A stretch of DNA of 64,000 bases from Spirochaetia bacterium (lineage in GTDB: Bacteria > Spirochaetota > Spirochaetia > SZUA-6 > Bin103). This document shows, piece by piece, positions 49,136 through 58,414 of the stretch (positions are counted from its first letter, which is position 1; each line of letters starts with the position of its first letter). The stretch covers positions 1,088,001-1,152,000 of the forward strand of contig CBDAOI010000003.1 of NCBI GenBank assembly GCA_965198005.1, given 5' to 3'. The position numbers and the translations under genes are program-made. The notes below the pieces were generated by a model. That model did no database searches, had not been told where the DNA came from, and worked only from the letters and a program-made list of their open reading frames with translations.

Positions 49136-49620
49136 CTAGTGCCACAACCGTCTCCGTGTCGCCAGCGGCGAGGGCGTTCATGTAGCCGAGGCTGAGGTTG
49201 CGTGTGCGGTAGTGGCCGAACTCGGCTTCATCCTGACGGCGGATGATGGGAAGGTGTCTAGAACGTAGGCGGCGTCCTCGCGGGACAGCCCGTAAAGGTG
49301 GAAGTAAAGGGCGTCGAGACGGGCGCGGAGGTGGCGGCGCTGCTCGGCGTTCCAGATGAACGGCTGCCCGTCGTATCCGAGATCGCGGGCGAAGGATGCC
49401 ATGTCGTAGGCGCTGTAGGTGAGGCGCAGGACGTGATCGCGGATCAGATCCCGGGCGTTCCGGTCGCCGAAGCGCCGGTCGTAGTTCCCTGGTGAGATGA
49501 CGGGAAGCTGCTCGACGATGAAAAGATTGAGGGTCTGGCCGTGAACCTTCTGCCGGGCGATGAAGTCGAAAGCGAAAGTGTTTAGATTGGCGACCAACAG
49601 CGGTGCGGAAGTGTTGCCCG
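49136..49620 (-). pseudogene. Second copy of the Type IIG RM C-terminal (TRD) region, 1-nt frameshift at ~49248
   Basis: ANLNTFAFDFIARQKVHGQTLNLFIVEQLP...RARLDALYFHLYGL...DTFP / IIRRQDEAEFG...YMNALAAGDTETVV. Confidence 0.85.
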
Positions 49621-49930
49621 CCAGGTGAGATTTCCGGGATGTAGACGAACCCGCCAGGTGCCGTAGGATAGGTTCGCCCGGGCGCCCGGGAAGGGCTCTG
49701 GAGATCACGAAAAAGAGATAGGGGCCACCGCCAGTACTTACTCCGGGTACAACGGTGACCCCCACCTAAAAGCTGGATCATCCTAAACTAGACGGCTTCG
49801 ACTTTCAAGCCTACCGCCAATCCCTGATCAGAGAAGGCGGCAAGCGTCCCTGCGTGCTGTGCGGGGAGAGCCATGCGGTGGTGATTCATTGCTACTGCAA
49901 ACGCCTGGTGCGGTGCACCGACGGCAGTAA

Positions 49931-52900
49931 TCACCAACACCTGATCGTGGTGCGGCCACCGCCCGTGCTGGTGCGGATGAACTCGCCGCCGAGCCGCGTC
50001 CGGGCGTCGTGGCCGAGGGCGCGGGCGAACGGCGCCATATCGTGGGCTGTGTAGGTCAGGCGCAGGACGTGATGGCGGACCATCTCGCGGGCGGTCGTGT
50101 CGCCGAAACGCCGATCGTAGTCGTTGGGTGCGATTACGGGCAGTTGCTCGACTATGTACCAGTTCAGATTTGTGCCCTGAACTTTCTGTCTCGCCACGAA
50201 GTCTACCGGGATGGCGCTCAGATTCGCCCCGAGACAGGCGGCGGCGAGACCGTCACCTCCCACGAGAAGAGGGACCTTGTTGCCATAACCCGCCCACGGG
50301 ACGACCGCCGTTACGACCGTTCGTACGTCGGTCGGCCTGGCGATATCGCGGAAGCCCAAGGCCCATCCTCGCGCGCGAGGAATCCTTGACTCCACGTCCT
50401 TCGCTGGAACCCAGTACTGCGTCCGCGGAAGGAAGCCGGGATCTGCATGCTGGGCGTCGCTCACGGCTTCACTCACATACGGATTGTGCGTGTTCTGTGG
50501 GTTGATACGTACCGAGTTGGCGCGGTGATCGAAATGCGAAATCATCCGACCCTGGTATAGGGGCAGATACCACTCATCCGCTTTCTTATAGCGGTTGCCC
50601 TCGACCAGGTAGAAGCCCGCGGTTTCGAGCTCGGCAGCGGTGCGGAACAAGGCGGAGTCGTTGGTCATGTCGAACATTCGGTAGTAGCGCACCGGCCAGA
50701 CGCGCCGTTCCTCGGAGCCCGAGCGATCGACGAGCACCGGGTGTCGTTCGTAGATGCGACGCGTGATGTCGGCGTCGCGGCGGGTGCGGAACACGGGGGC
50801 GGTGCCGGTGTTGGGGTTCACCCGGGCGAAGTCGTCCGGCGTCAGCGGGAAGCAACGCTGCGGGTCGTCGACGGTGCCGGTGTCGTGCAGGAAGAAGGCG
50901 CACTTGGTCTGCGCGAAGCGGCGCTCGTCGCCGCCGAAGATGAGCGCGCAGAACTTGAACCGCGAATCGACGTCCGGGAAGAATGGTGGCAGCTCGGTGC
51001 CAAGACGGCGGTTCTCGAAGTCGAACAGGCCGCCGATTCTGCCGGTGGTGGAGAGGCTCTTGAAGAAGCGGGCGGCGGTCTTGTCGGCGTAGATGCCGGA
51101 TGGCGTGAGCAGGCCTACCAGTCCGTCGGGCGTCACCAAGCTCATGGCGCGTTCGACGAACAGCGAGTAGAGGTTGATGTCGCCGCCGCCGAGCAGCGGG
51201 TAGCTGCCGGACATGCGCACCATGCGGCCGAGTTGGTCGGCACGCCCCTTGGCGGCGTCGAAGTCCGCCGCCAGCGGCTCACTCCGGTCCCGCAGTCGCC
51301 GGATCGCGGCGCGCCGGGCGGCCGCGGTCGGGGCAAGGGCGATCTCCCGAGCACGGGTCGCGAACCACTCCACCTCCTGCAGCTTGATCCGGTCCCAGGG
51401 CGGATTGCCGATCACGGCGTCGAAGCCGCCTTCGGGCCGGCGGTTCTGCCAGTGCCGCCATACGCCGGGAAAGGCCGCCTGCCAATGCAGGAATGCCTCC
51501 CGCCGCGCAATGGCTCTGGCTTCCTGCCAGCGCTCGCGCAGCGTTGCCCAGTGTTCCTGGTCGACGTCGTCGGCGCCGTCACCCCCGGAATCCGGCCCAC
51601 GCGCCAGAATCCGGTACGCATCGGTGGGTTTTCGGCTGAGCGTTGCCGCCAGCGGCGTCTCGAATTGGGAGCGCGCCGTGGTTTTCATGCCGGCGCTCAT
51701 CCACTGCAGTCCGCAGAGAAAATCGAGCAACCCACGCAGGTCGGCCGTGGTCTCCTCTACACCGCGAAACGCCGACGCCGACTCGTGCACCTCCACCACG
51801 TCGGCATCCGACATCTCCTCGATCCGCGCCATCCCCTCCGCGGCGACCTCCGCGCCGGCCATCGCCGAACCGGCAAACAACCCGCCGAGCCGATCCAGCT
51901 CGCGAATCGCGTCCCGCACCCGGATCCCGATCAGCGAGTCGCCGCACCGCAGGTGATGGTCGAGGAACGACAGCGGCGCACCTGCGGTGAAGCTGTGCAA
52001 CCACAGCGAGACCTTCGCCAGTTCCACGGTCAGGCGGTTCTTGTCCACCCCGTAGATGCAGCGCTTGAGCACCATGCGCCGGATGATGGCCTGGTCCGTG
52101 AGCTGGGCGACGTCGATGATCCAGTTGCCTGCCTGCGCCCGGTGCAGAATCCCCCGCCGAATCTCGGCGATCCGGCCTACCAGGGGCGATTCATAGGCGC
52201 CGTCGGACCACTCCGGCACGCCCGGCACGTATTCGATCAACTCGGCGATGTAGTCGGACAGGAAGTCGACAGCGCTTACCAGAAAGTGGCCGCTGCCCAT
52301 GGCCGGATCGAGCACCTTGAGCCGCAGCACCGCTTCCGCCGGATCCAGCCGTGCCAGCGTCGCCATCCGAACGGCCTTGGGGCGGCGATCGGTCGCAAGC
52401 TCGTGCGCCCTGGCCTCGAACGCACGCAACCGCTCCTCCGCCAGCGGTTTGAGTGTCTGGTCCACGATCAGGTCGACCAGTTCCTGCGGCGTGTAGAAAC
52501 TGCCGCTGTCCTTGCGGGCGTAGGAGTCGAGCCGGATCTCCACGCCGCCGTCTGCCGTGCGCGTGGGTTCGCGTTCGAGGAGGCGTTCGTAGATGGAACC
52601 GAGTTGCTGCACCGACATGTCGCGGTAGTTGACGAAACGGCGGGCACCATTGTCCTGCTGGCCCGCCGCCGTGTGGCTGAGGTCGTAAATGACGTCCGCC
52701 ACCACCGTGTCCGGGACCCGGACTTGCTGCAGGATCGGCGCGGCCTCGGGCGCGAACAGGCCGCCGTTGTAGGGCGGCAGGCCGATCGACTCATCGCCCT
52801 GGTCGATCTGTCGGAACAGCTCGGTCAGGCGGTTGTAGTAGTGACCGGCGGTGGAGGAAAAGGTGTCGCCCTCGGCCATGCGGCGCGCAACATCCTCGCG

Positions 52901-53815
52901 CACGCGCTTCCGCAAGCCGTAGTCATCGTAGCGCGCGTCGTTGACCGGCAGCAGACCTCGGTCCTCGGCGTAGAGCACGAACAGCAGCCGGTAGAGGAAG
53001 ATCAGCGCCGCTGAGCGGACATCCGACAGGCTGTCGGAACCGGCGGCATCGGCGATCGCCGCTACCAGTCGCGGGAACACGCGTTCGAACACCACGCTGG
53101 ACAGGTCCTGTGCCACCGATTCCTCGTAGCGGCGTCCTTCCGCGATGGCGGCCTCGAGGAAGGTGGTCGTGGCCGTGCCCTGCAACGTAAAGGAGGCGCG
53201 ACCGAACAACAGGTGGAAGATCCGCAGGCCATCCTCGTTGCCGAGCTGGAGCACTTCCGCGAGGTCGGTCTCGAAGAAACCGCCCGCGCGCGGCCGGGCG
53301 CGCCGGTCATACAGGCGCCACACGCTGCCGTTGGTCAGGATCCCGAACCGGATGCGTCCTTCCGAAGCGACGTCGGCGGTCGTCAGATAGCGCAGCATCT
53401 GCCCGTGCGGGGTGCCGCCCCGGGGCCCGTCGGTGCGGTCGCGCTGATCAAGCGCAAGCCCGAAGCGCTTGCTCTCCTGCACGACCAGGGCGTCCTGAAA
53501 GCGGTCGTCGGAATTGCCGCGAGCAGTCGCGCGCGCCTTGGCTGCCGCGTCGGCGAACAGTAGATGGTCGGGAACGTCCTCATGGCCGGCTGCTGCCTGC
53601 TGCGGCAGGTAGGTCCAGCCCAACAGCTCCAGCACCGGGCGAATGAGGTCCTGCTCGGTCACCGCCTCGTTGGGCTGGTGCAGCGAGCTGAACCGTTCGT
53701 ACGCCTGCCCGAGGTCGCGGCGGAAGTCGGCAAGCTTCGTTACCGCCGCCTCCCATTCAGGAGTCGTGCGGATGCCGTCGGTAAGAAAGTACTGAGTAAA
53801 CAACTGGCCCTTCAT
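49931..53815 (-). CDS. Type IIG restriction-modification enzyme (nuclease + N6-adenine MTase + TRD), C-terminus apparently truncated
   Basis: PD...ESK nuclease motif, ILTNG..WRLY, GSFYTP, LDPAMGSGHF, GNPPW; similarity to the 49136-49620 copy breaks after ALGHD (~50005). Confidence 0.9.
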   Translation of the reverse strand: MKGQLFTQYFLTDGIRTTPEWEAAVTKLADFRRDLGQAYERFSSLHQPNEAVTEQDLIRPVLELLGWTYLPQQAAAGHEDVPDHLLFADAAAKARATARGNSDDRFQDALVVQESKRFGLALDQRDRTDGPRGGTPHGQMLRYLTTADVASEGRIRFGILTNGSVWRLYDRRARPRAGGFFETDLAEVLQLGNEDGLRIFHLLFGRASFTLQGTATTTFLEAAIAEGRRYEESVAQDLSSVVFERVFPRLVAAIADAAGSDSLSDVRSAALIFLYRLLFVLYAEDRGLLPVNDARYDDYGLRKRVREDVARRMAEGDTFSSTAGHYYNRLTELFRQIDQGDESIGLPPYNGGLFAPEAAPILQQVRVPDTVVADVIYDLSHTAAGQQDNGARRFVNYRDMSVQQLGSIYERLLEREPTRTADGGVEIRLDSYARKDSGSFYTPQELVDLIVDQTLKPLAEERLRAFEARAHELATDRRPKAVRMATLARLDPAEAVLRLKVLDPAMGSGHFLVSAVDFLSDYIAELIEYVPGVPEWSDGAYESPLVGRIAEIRRGILHRAQAGNWIIDVAQLTDQAIIRRMVLKRCIYGVDKNRLTVELAKVSLWLHSFTAGAPLSFLDHHLRCGDSLIGIRVRDAIRELDRLGGLFAGSAMAGAEVAAEGMARIEEMSDADVVEVHESASAFRGVEETTADLRGLLDFLCGLQWMSAGMKTTARSQFETPLAATLSRKPTDAYRILARGPDSGGDGADDVDQEHWATLRERWQEARAIARREAFLHWQAAFPGVWRHWQNRRPEGGFDAVIGNPPWDRIKLQEVEWFATRAREIALAPTAAARRAAIRRLRDRSEPLAADFDAAKGRADQLGRMVRMSGSYPLLGGGDINLYSLFVERAMSLVTPDGLVGLLTPSGIYADKTAARFFKSLSTTGRIGGLFDFENRRLGTELPPFFPDVDSRFKFCALIFGGDERRFAQTKCAFFLHDTGTVDDPQRCFPLTPDDFARVNPNTGTAPVFRTRRDADITRRIYERHPVLVDRSGSEERRVWPVRYYRMFDMTNDSALFRTAAELETAGFYLVEGNRYKKADEWYLPLYQGRMISHFDHRANSVRINPQNTHNPYVSEAVSDAQHADPGFLPRTQYWVPAKDVESRIPRARGWALGFRDIARPTDVRTVVTAVVPWAGYGNKVPLLVGGDGLAAACLGANLSAIPVDFVARQKVQGTNLNWYIVEQLPVIAPNDYDRRFGDTTAREMVRHHVLRLTYTAHDMAPFARALGHDARTRLGGEFIRTSTGGGRTTIRCW

Positions 53816-54010
53816 GATCGGGTGTAAGACCGGAGCCCGGCTCGACTCTGGCCATCATAGCAGACAGATGCAGATGTCGTCGTACTGCATCGTCGAGTGA
53901 CTCGAACAGGGTGTCACGGTAGGATGCCCCCGGGGTCCGTGGCTACCGAGGGTGTAGACCTCGCGTGTTCCGGATTACGATAGTCCCCACGGCATAGATT
54001 GATGTTGGCA

Positions 54011-54262
54011 TTACCCACTACGTGCAGTATGGACGCTGGCTGGGAATGGCATGGTATCGTTCTCATCGATTATACACTCAATGCCTGACACATAGCAGAT
54101 TAGGGAGCGTTTGGTGCGTTCCTGAATCTGATTGATTAGCGTTTGCCGTTGGTAGCGACTTGCGTGATTTGCCTCGAATAACGGCGTCTTGCTGGCTGGT
54201 CGCGAACCATCCTTGGCCGACGAAGGATCGCCGCTACTCTCTTGTGTCGACTCGTCGGTCAT
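54011..54262 (-). pseudogene. N-terminal fragment of a putative SDH/Clp-fold serine protease
   Basis: KTPLFEANHASRYQRQTLINQIQERTKRSLICYVSG...IDENDTMPF, then an early stop; GAGGAG RBS. Confidence 0.5.
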
Positions 54263-54266
54263 GGGG

Positions 54267-54617
54267 TTACTCCTCGTTCGTACAAATTGCCCATCGGATC
54301 CTACCATCGCGGATGGTGAAGTGGCAGCGGCGTTGAGCAGTGATGTCGTCGATGCTAGGACGGATCGACAGCGGTTTTCGAGACTCGATCCTCCAGAATG
54401 GGTATCGGGTGATGTCCAGATTCACCATGAGTCGATGCCGCGTTCGGCAGGGGCAGTCGAAAACAGCCCAGGTCGCGCGATCTCGTGTCACGACAAGAAC
54501 TACGCCTCGGTAGGGTAGGCGCTCAGCTACGTCGTCACCCGCCTCGACGTGTCCGACAACCCGCCAGGAGCGCCAGGGGAGCGGTAGCGATTGCCACCAA
54601 GGAAACAACCCTTTCAT
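54267..54617 (-). CDS. DUF6527-like small Cys/His metal-binding protein
   Basis: WAVFDCPC..RH.LMVNL....P.W......LSIRPSI.......CHFTIRDGRIRW; ATGA overlap with the E1 gene. Confidence 0.8.
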   Translation of the reverse strand: MKGLFPWWQSLPLPWRSWRVVGHVEAGDDVAERLPYRGVVLVVTRDRATWAVFDCPCRTRHRLMVNLDITRYPFWRIESRKPLSIRPSIDDITAQRRCHFTIRDGRIRWAICTNEE

Positions 54618-55612
54618 CCCTGCCATGTCTGCTCCAGGAACGGTTCGGTGACGCCAAGTCCGAGTTTCTGAGCCTGTGGATGGCAATAGTGACGTTCGCG
54701 AGGTTCCTGGTCGTTCGTGGACACCTCACGCTCATGCGAGCGGAGCAGTATTTCCGTGGGGGCAGGGTCAGGCCCATAGTGAATGAGTCGCTCGAGCAGT
54801 TCGCTTACGGCCGCTGAGGCAACCTGCGTCGTAAACGCCACGACCGCGGGCTCGGGGTCTGCCAGCGCGGGCGCGTAGCCTTCTTCGGCGAGTCGACGGT
54901 ACTCAGATGGGTTGAGCATTTCAGCGGCTGCACGCTGTAAGTCAACGCGGTTGCGACAGACCAGGCACCCAGCGCCCGGGGCGAGGACTGTCACGCGGCC
55001 GTCGATTCCAACAAGTTGCCCTCCGGAGCCACTGCTCAGCAGCACACCGCAATCGATGACGGGAGTCAACAGGTACGACGCGATGCGCGACAGCACGAGC
55101 CGACCAGCGTTGTCATCGGTGCAGCCGAACACGACATCAGCGTCAAGCAGCAGTCTGGCCGTGGATTCGATCGTAATCTTGGTCTGTGCGGTCGTCACTT
55201 CGGCATCGGGCGCGATTCGGCTCACGTGGGCGGCACTCAGGCTTACTTTCGGCTGGCCGACGCAATGGAGGTAGGATCCGTATACGCGCGTGACGTTCCC
55301 GGCAGTCAACGTATCGGGATCAAACAACTGCAGATGACGTACGCCGAGACGGACGAGTTGCTCGATAACTGCCGACCCGGTGCCACCGCAGCCGACGACA
55401 GCGATGCGAAGATTGCCGAGAACCTGTTGTATTTTGCCGCCGAAGGCTCTGATGTTCCGGTCGAATTGCTCAGAAGGTGGCGTTGTGCCGTGGAGCCAAT
55501 TCTGCATGAGCGCGAAACGCCGGCCGGTCACCCACAGGCGATCGATCTCGGTTCGCCGGTTTTCGGATTCGACGTGGCCCGTGAAACACAGTTGGCCCCG
55601 GGGCCGCGCCAT
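54614..55612 (-). CDS. ThiF/MoeB (E1-like) adenylyltransferase, C-terminal part of a JAB-E1 fusion
   Basis: VVGCGGTGS, DPDTL...NVTR, PKV, GCTDD..GR, CLVC. Confidence 0.9.
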   Translation of the reverse strand: MARPRGQLCFTGHVESENRRTEIDRLWVTGRRFALMQNWLHGTTPPSEQFDRNIRAFGGKIQQVLGNLRIAVVGCGGTGSAVIEQLVRLGVRHLQLFDPDTLTAGNVTRVYGSYLHCVGQPKVSLSAAHVSRIAPDAEVTTAQTKITIESTARLLLDADVVFGCTDDNAGRLVLSRIASYLLTPVIDCGVLLSSGSGGQLVGIDGRVTVLAPGAGCLVCRNRVDLQRAAAEMLNPSEYRRLAEEGYAPALADPEPAVVAFTTQVASAAVSELLERLIHYGPDPAPTEILLRSHEREVSTNDQEPRERHYCHPQAQKLGLGVTEPFLEQTWQG

Positions 55613-55995
55613 GACATCGCTCCGTACAGGGGACTCGCTGCGCGGAGTCGGAAGAGGTCAGAAAGCTGTCGGTCGACGAGTTCGTCGTGCTTGCTCGGCT
55701 TGGGCGATGAGTCGATGCCGGGATGGGTATGCAACCAGATCGGGACGGACCGGTCGGCCTCCGCAGCAGCGAGGGCGGGGACGTAGCCATTGGAGGCAAC
55801 GCTGAGCCCGGTTGCATCGCGCCGACGGTAGGCGTCATCCGGCACCCAATGCAACGCACGGGCGAGCAAGCGGACATTGTCGCCGGGAGTGTCCACTTGC
55901 CGCGCCAGCAGAACGCAGGCGGACTCCGTTTCAGCCGCTGCCGCGTCAAAGAGCTCGGCTGCGAGTTGGTCCGGCAGTACCAGCGTGACGGCCAT
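55613..55995 (-). CDS. JAB/MPN+ metallopeptidase domain, N-terminal part of the frameshifted JAB-E1 fusion
   Basis: ETESAC...WLHTHPG....PS..D motif; start ATG 55995 is TGATG-coupled to E2; as sequenced the frame stops at 55528. Confidence 0.85.
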
Positions 55996-56384
55996 CAAGC
56001 CACCTTCGGCACGCTGTGTTCCAGGTCCTGCCGGATCAGGGAGAGGAAGCTCGCAAGGCCATCGACTCCGGATTGCCACTGTCCGTTGTTGAAGTGTCTC
56101 GACCAGCGTTGCCACTGGCGACCCAGGTACACCTCGACGACGCTGGTGGCAGGCAGAGCCACGCCGTTGGCCAAGTGCACTGCCGGATAGAACCACCACA
56201 TGTCGGGGGGGACATCGGGATAGCCGGGACTGAGCCGAACCAGGAGATCCGATGCATTGCGATCCAGCCCTTTCGGGAGCGGCCACTGCGGTATCACGAC
56301 ACATATCATGCCGGACTCGGTCGCGACCTCATGAACGACACCTCGTTCGTTCAGGTACGTGATGTCCGCTTGGGGAAGAGTCAT
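55995..56384 (-). CDS. Prokaryotic E2/UBC-like protein (Prok-E2_E type, Ser at the active-site position)
   Basis: WPLPKG...LLVRLSPGYPDVPPDMWWFYP...WQRWSRH...W.SGVDGL. Confidence 0.88.
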   Translation of the reverse strand: MTLPQADITYLNERGVVHEVATESGMICVVIPQWPLPKGLDRNASDLLVRLSPGYPDVPPDMWWFYPAVHLANGVALPATSVVEVYLGRQWQRWSRHFNNGQWQSGVDGLASFLSLIRQDLEHSVPKVA

Positions 56385-56392
56385 GGCGATTG

Positions 56393-56443
56393 CTACGCCC
56401 TCACGCGGAAAGCGTGGTTGGTGCCAGGGTTGATCGTCCACAT
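56393..56443 (-). pseudogene. Possible C-terminal stub of a ubiquitin-like protein (MWTINPG-TNHAFRVRA*)
   Basis: 16-codon ORF ending 8 nt before the E2 start, at the position where the Ubl gene is expected. Confidence 0.4.
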
Positions 56444-56466
56444 TCTCCGATAGCACAATGTGCAGC

Positions 56467-56679
56467 ATGAGACCCGTCAAAGCGATGACGATTCGCCTGT
56501 CTGCCGACCAGTCAGAGCAGTTGAGCACGATCGCGGCCGTCGACGGTCAGCCAGTATCGCATGTGATCCGCTCGGCAATCGCCGAGCACATCAAGGGGCG
56601 CAGACGTGACGCCGAGTTTCAGGACATGCTCCGTCAGCGCATCGAGCGCGAGCAACGGATGCTGCCAAATGACGAATAG
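56467..56679 (+). CDS. Ribbon-helix-helix (CopG-like) protein, possible orphan antitoxin
   Basis: KAMTIRLSADQSEQLSTIAAVDGQPVSHVIRSAIAEHI. Confidence 0.8.
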   Translation: MRPVKAMTIRLSADQSEQLSTIAAVDGQPVSHVIRSAIAEHIKGRRRDAEFQDMLRQRIEREQRMLPNDE

Positions 56680-57197
56680 CGTGAGCGGGCGGCGCTACGA
56701 GCGACGCGCCCGACAACCACGCTACCGCTTCAGGCGAGCCGCGTTCAATCTCCGCTGCAACCTCTCCATGCTCGCGCACCACCACCGGGTGAGCAGCAGT
56801 GGGCACGCACTGGGAGCGCCGCGCCGCGTTGGCGTCCTGCTGCACCAGCTCCACGAACTCATGGTCACCGATCATGACGCGCCGGAGGTTACCGATCCAT
56901 ATTCCATATAGCGATAGCGGTTCGTTGCGGCGCTCACCGCGGGCGCCGTTCATCAGACGAGCTTCAGCAGCCCAGAGGCGATCTCTCATCGGACACCTGT
57001 CGGCATGCCATTGGCTCGGTGCAGGTCAATGCTTTGCCGTCGCGGTGGCGGTGCACCGGCGCCAGACTCTGTGATCGTTGACTGCCACGCCACGATTCAT
57101 GCACGCCGCGCTATCCTGCATTTTTCCACGGGTCCCTTCGCACATCGACCTCCTTGGGGCACCCAGTAACTTCCTCGGTGTCGACCAGGCGCTGCGC

Positions 57198-58304
57198 TCA
57201 GATGAACATGGTGTTGGTGTCGTAGTTCTTGAGGACTTGCTCGCGGGTGGCCTCGTTCCAGCGGTGGTCGTCCAGCTCGTTCGCCAGCGGCTGGTAGAGG
57301 TAGCTGCGCTCGTGCGGAAACCGCTGCCGGCGCGCATCGATCGCCAGCGCGATGATGCGCGAGCGCTGGTGGATGCGCGCGGCGTCGTAGGTCACGGGAG
57401 GGTCTCCGCGCACCACGCCGAGCAGCGAGCAGCGGCGGTGAAAGCCGAACACCAGCGTGACCCGCATGCCCTCGGACTCGTTGGCGAACGCGCCGTGCAC
57501 GACCTGGCGGTTGTTGATCGCCACGTCGCCGGGATTGCCAAGCATCGGCACCGCGCCGGGCAGGCGGTCCGAGCCGCCGTTGGCAGCCACCTGCGCCGCG
57601 ATGTCGAACCGGCTGCGGTGGGTGCCGGGCACCACCCAGAGCGCGTTGGCGGGGGTGGTCGCGTAGAGCTGGGTCATCAGGTTGAAGCCGTGGGTGCCGG
57701 CGTCCAGCTCGTCGCTGTTCCAGTGCGTGGTGCCGTCCTGATGCCATGCCGTGGACGGCCCCAGTCCCGGTTGCTTGACGAAGATTCCCTCGTTCCACGG
57801 CACGAAGTCGGGTCCGTTGATCTGCTCGGCCACCGCCAGCAGCTCCGGATGGCCGTACAGCCGCAGATAGGCGTCCATGAGCTGCAACGCGCCCCCGCCG
57901 ATGAAATTCACCACCTGCTCCGGCGCGCCGGCCGCCGCCTCGGGTTCGGCCATCTTCACCGGGTGGCGGCCGTCGCTGGCCGCGGTGCCCCCGGACGGGT
58001 CGCTCAGCGGCTTGGCGAATTGAAATTGCGGGCGCTCCAGATCCGCGCCGAGCGCCGGCCGGCCCTGGGCATCGGTGGCAGCCCCGCTCGAGTGCGGCGC
58101 GCGCTCCAGCACGCGCGCGAAGTCGGTCTTCAGCTCGTTCAGCTCCGCCGCGCCCACCACGCCCTCGAACACGTAGAAGCCGGTGCGCCAGTAGGCATCG
58201 ACAATCTCCTGCCGCAGATTGCCGTTGCCGTCGAGCCGGAGCGGCCCGCGGTTGCCGAGCTCGTAGGCGCGTCGTTCGCCTTCGATCAGGTACGCGTCAG
58301 TCAT
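57198..58304 (-). CDS. Phytanoyl-CoA dioxygenase (PhyH) family Fe(II)/2OG oxygenase
   Basis: YWRTGFYVF, KQPG, WHQD, LWVVPGTH, VVHGAFAN...R. Confidence 0.88.
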   Translation of the reverse strand: MTDAYLIEGERRAYELGNRGPLRLDGNGNLRQEIVDAYWRTGFYVFEGVVGAAELNELKTDFARVLERAPHSSGAATDAQGRPALGADLERPQFQFAKPLSDPSGGTAASDGRHPVKMAEPEAAAGAPEQVVNFIGGGALQLMDAYLRLYGHPELLAVAEQINGPDFVPWNEGIFVKQPGLGPSTAWHQDGTTHWNSDELDAGTHGFNLMTQLYATTPANALWVVPGTHRSRFDIAAQVAANGGSDRLPGAVPMLGNPGDVAINNRQVVHGAFANESEGMRVTLVFGFHRRCSLLGVVRGDPPVTYDAARIHQRSRIIALAIDARRQRFPHERSYLYQPLANELDDHRWNEATREQVLKNYDTNTMFI

Positions 58305-58414
58305 CCCATCACTCCATCGCCACGCCCCATTATATCCAGTACCCCGCAGCTTGACGCAAACCAGGAGGTAAGATTGGCAACGCCCGGGCAAGCGGTGCTA
58401 CCATGCCGGTTCTC

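Noticed and set aside
50741-53014. 757-aa antisense ORF, and similar long antisense ORFs over ftsH, lnt, hisS and the permease
   Set aside because: Mirror frames of GC-rich genes with no recognisable motifs
54614-56384. CBASS (Cap2/Cap3) or thiamine/molybdopterin biosynthesis assignment
   Set aside because: No CD-NTase or effector, and no thiS/moaD pathway genes nearby; the architecture (separate E2, JAB-E1 fusion) differs
56680-57190. Short ORFs after the RHH gene (possible toxin partner)
   Set aside because: No recognisable motif in any frame
35670-57190. Prophage, ICE or integron
   Set aside because: No integrase, phage structural, conjugation or attC-like features seen
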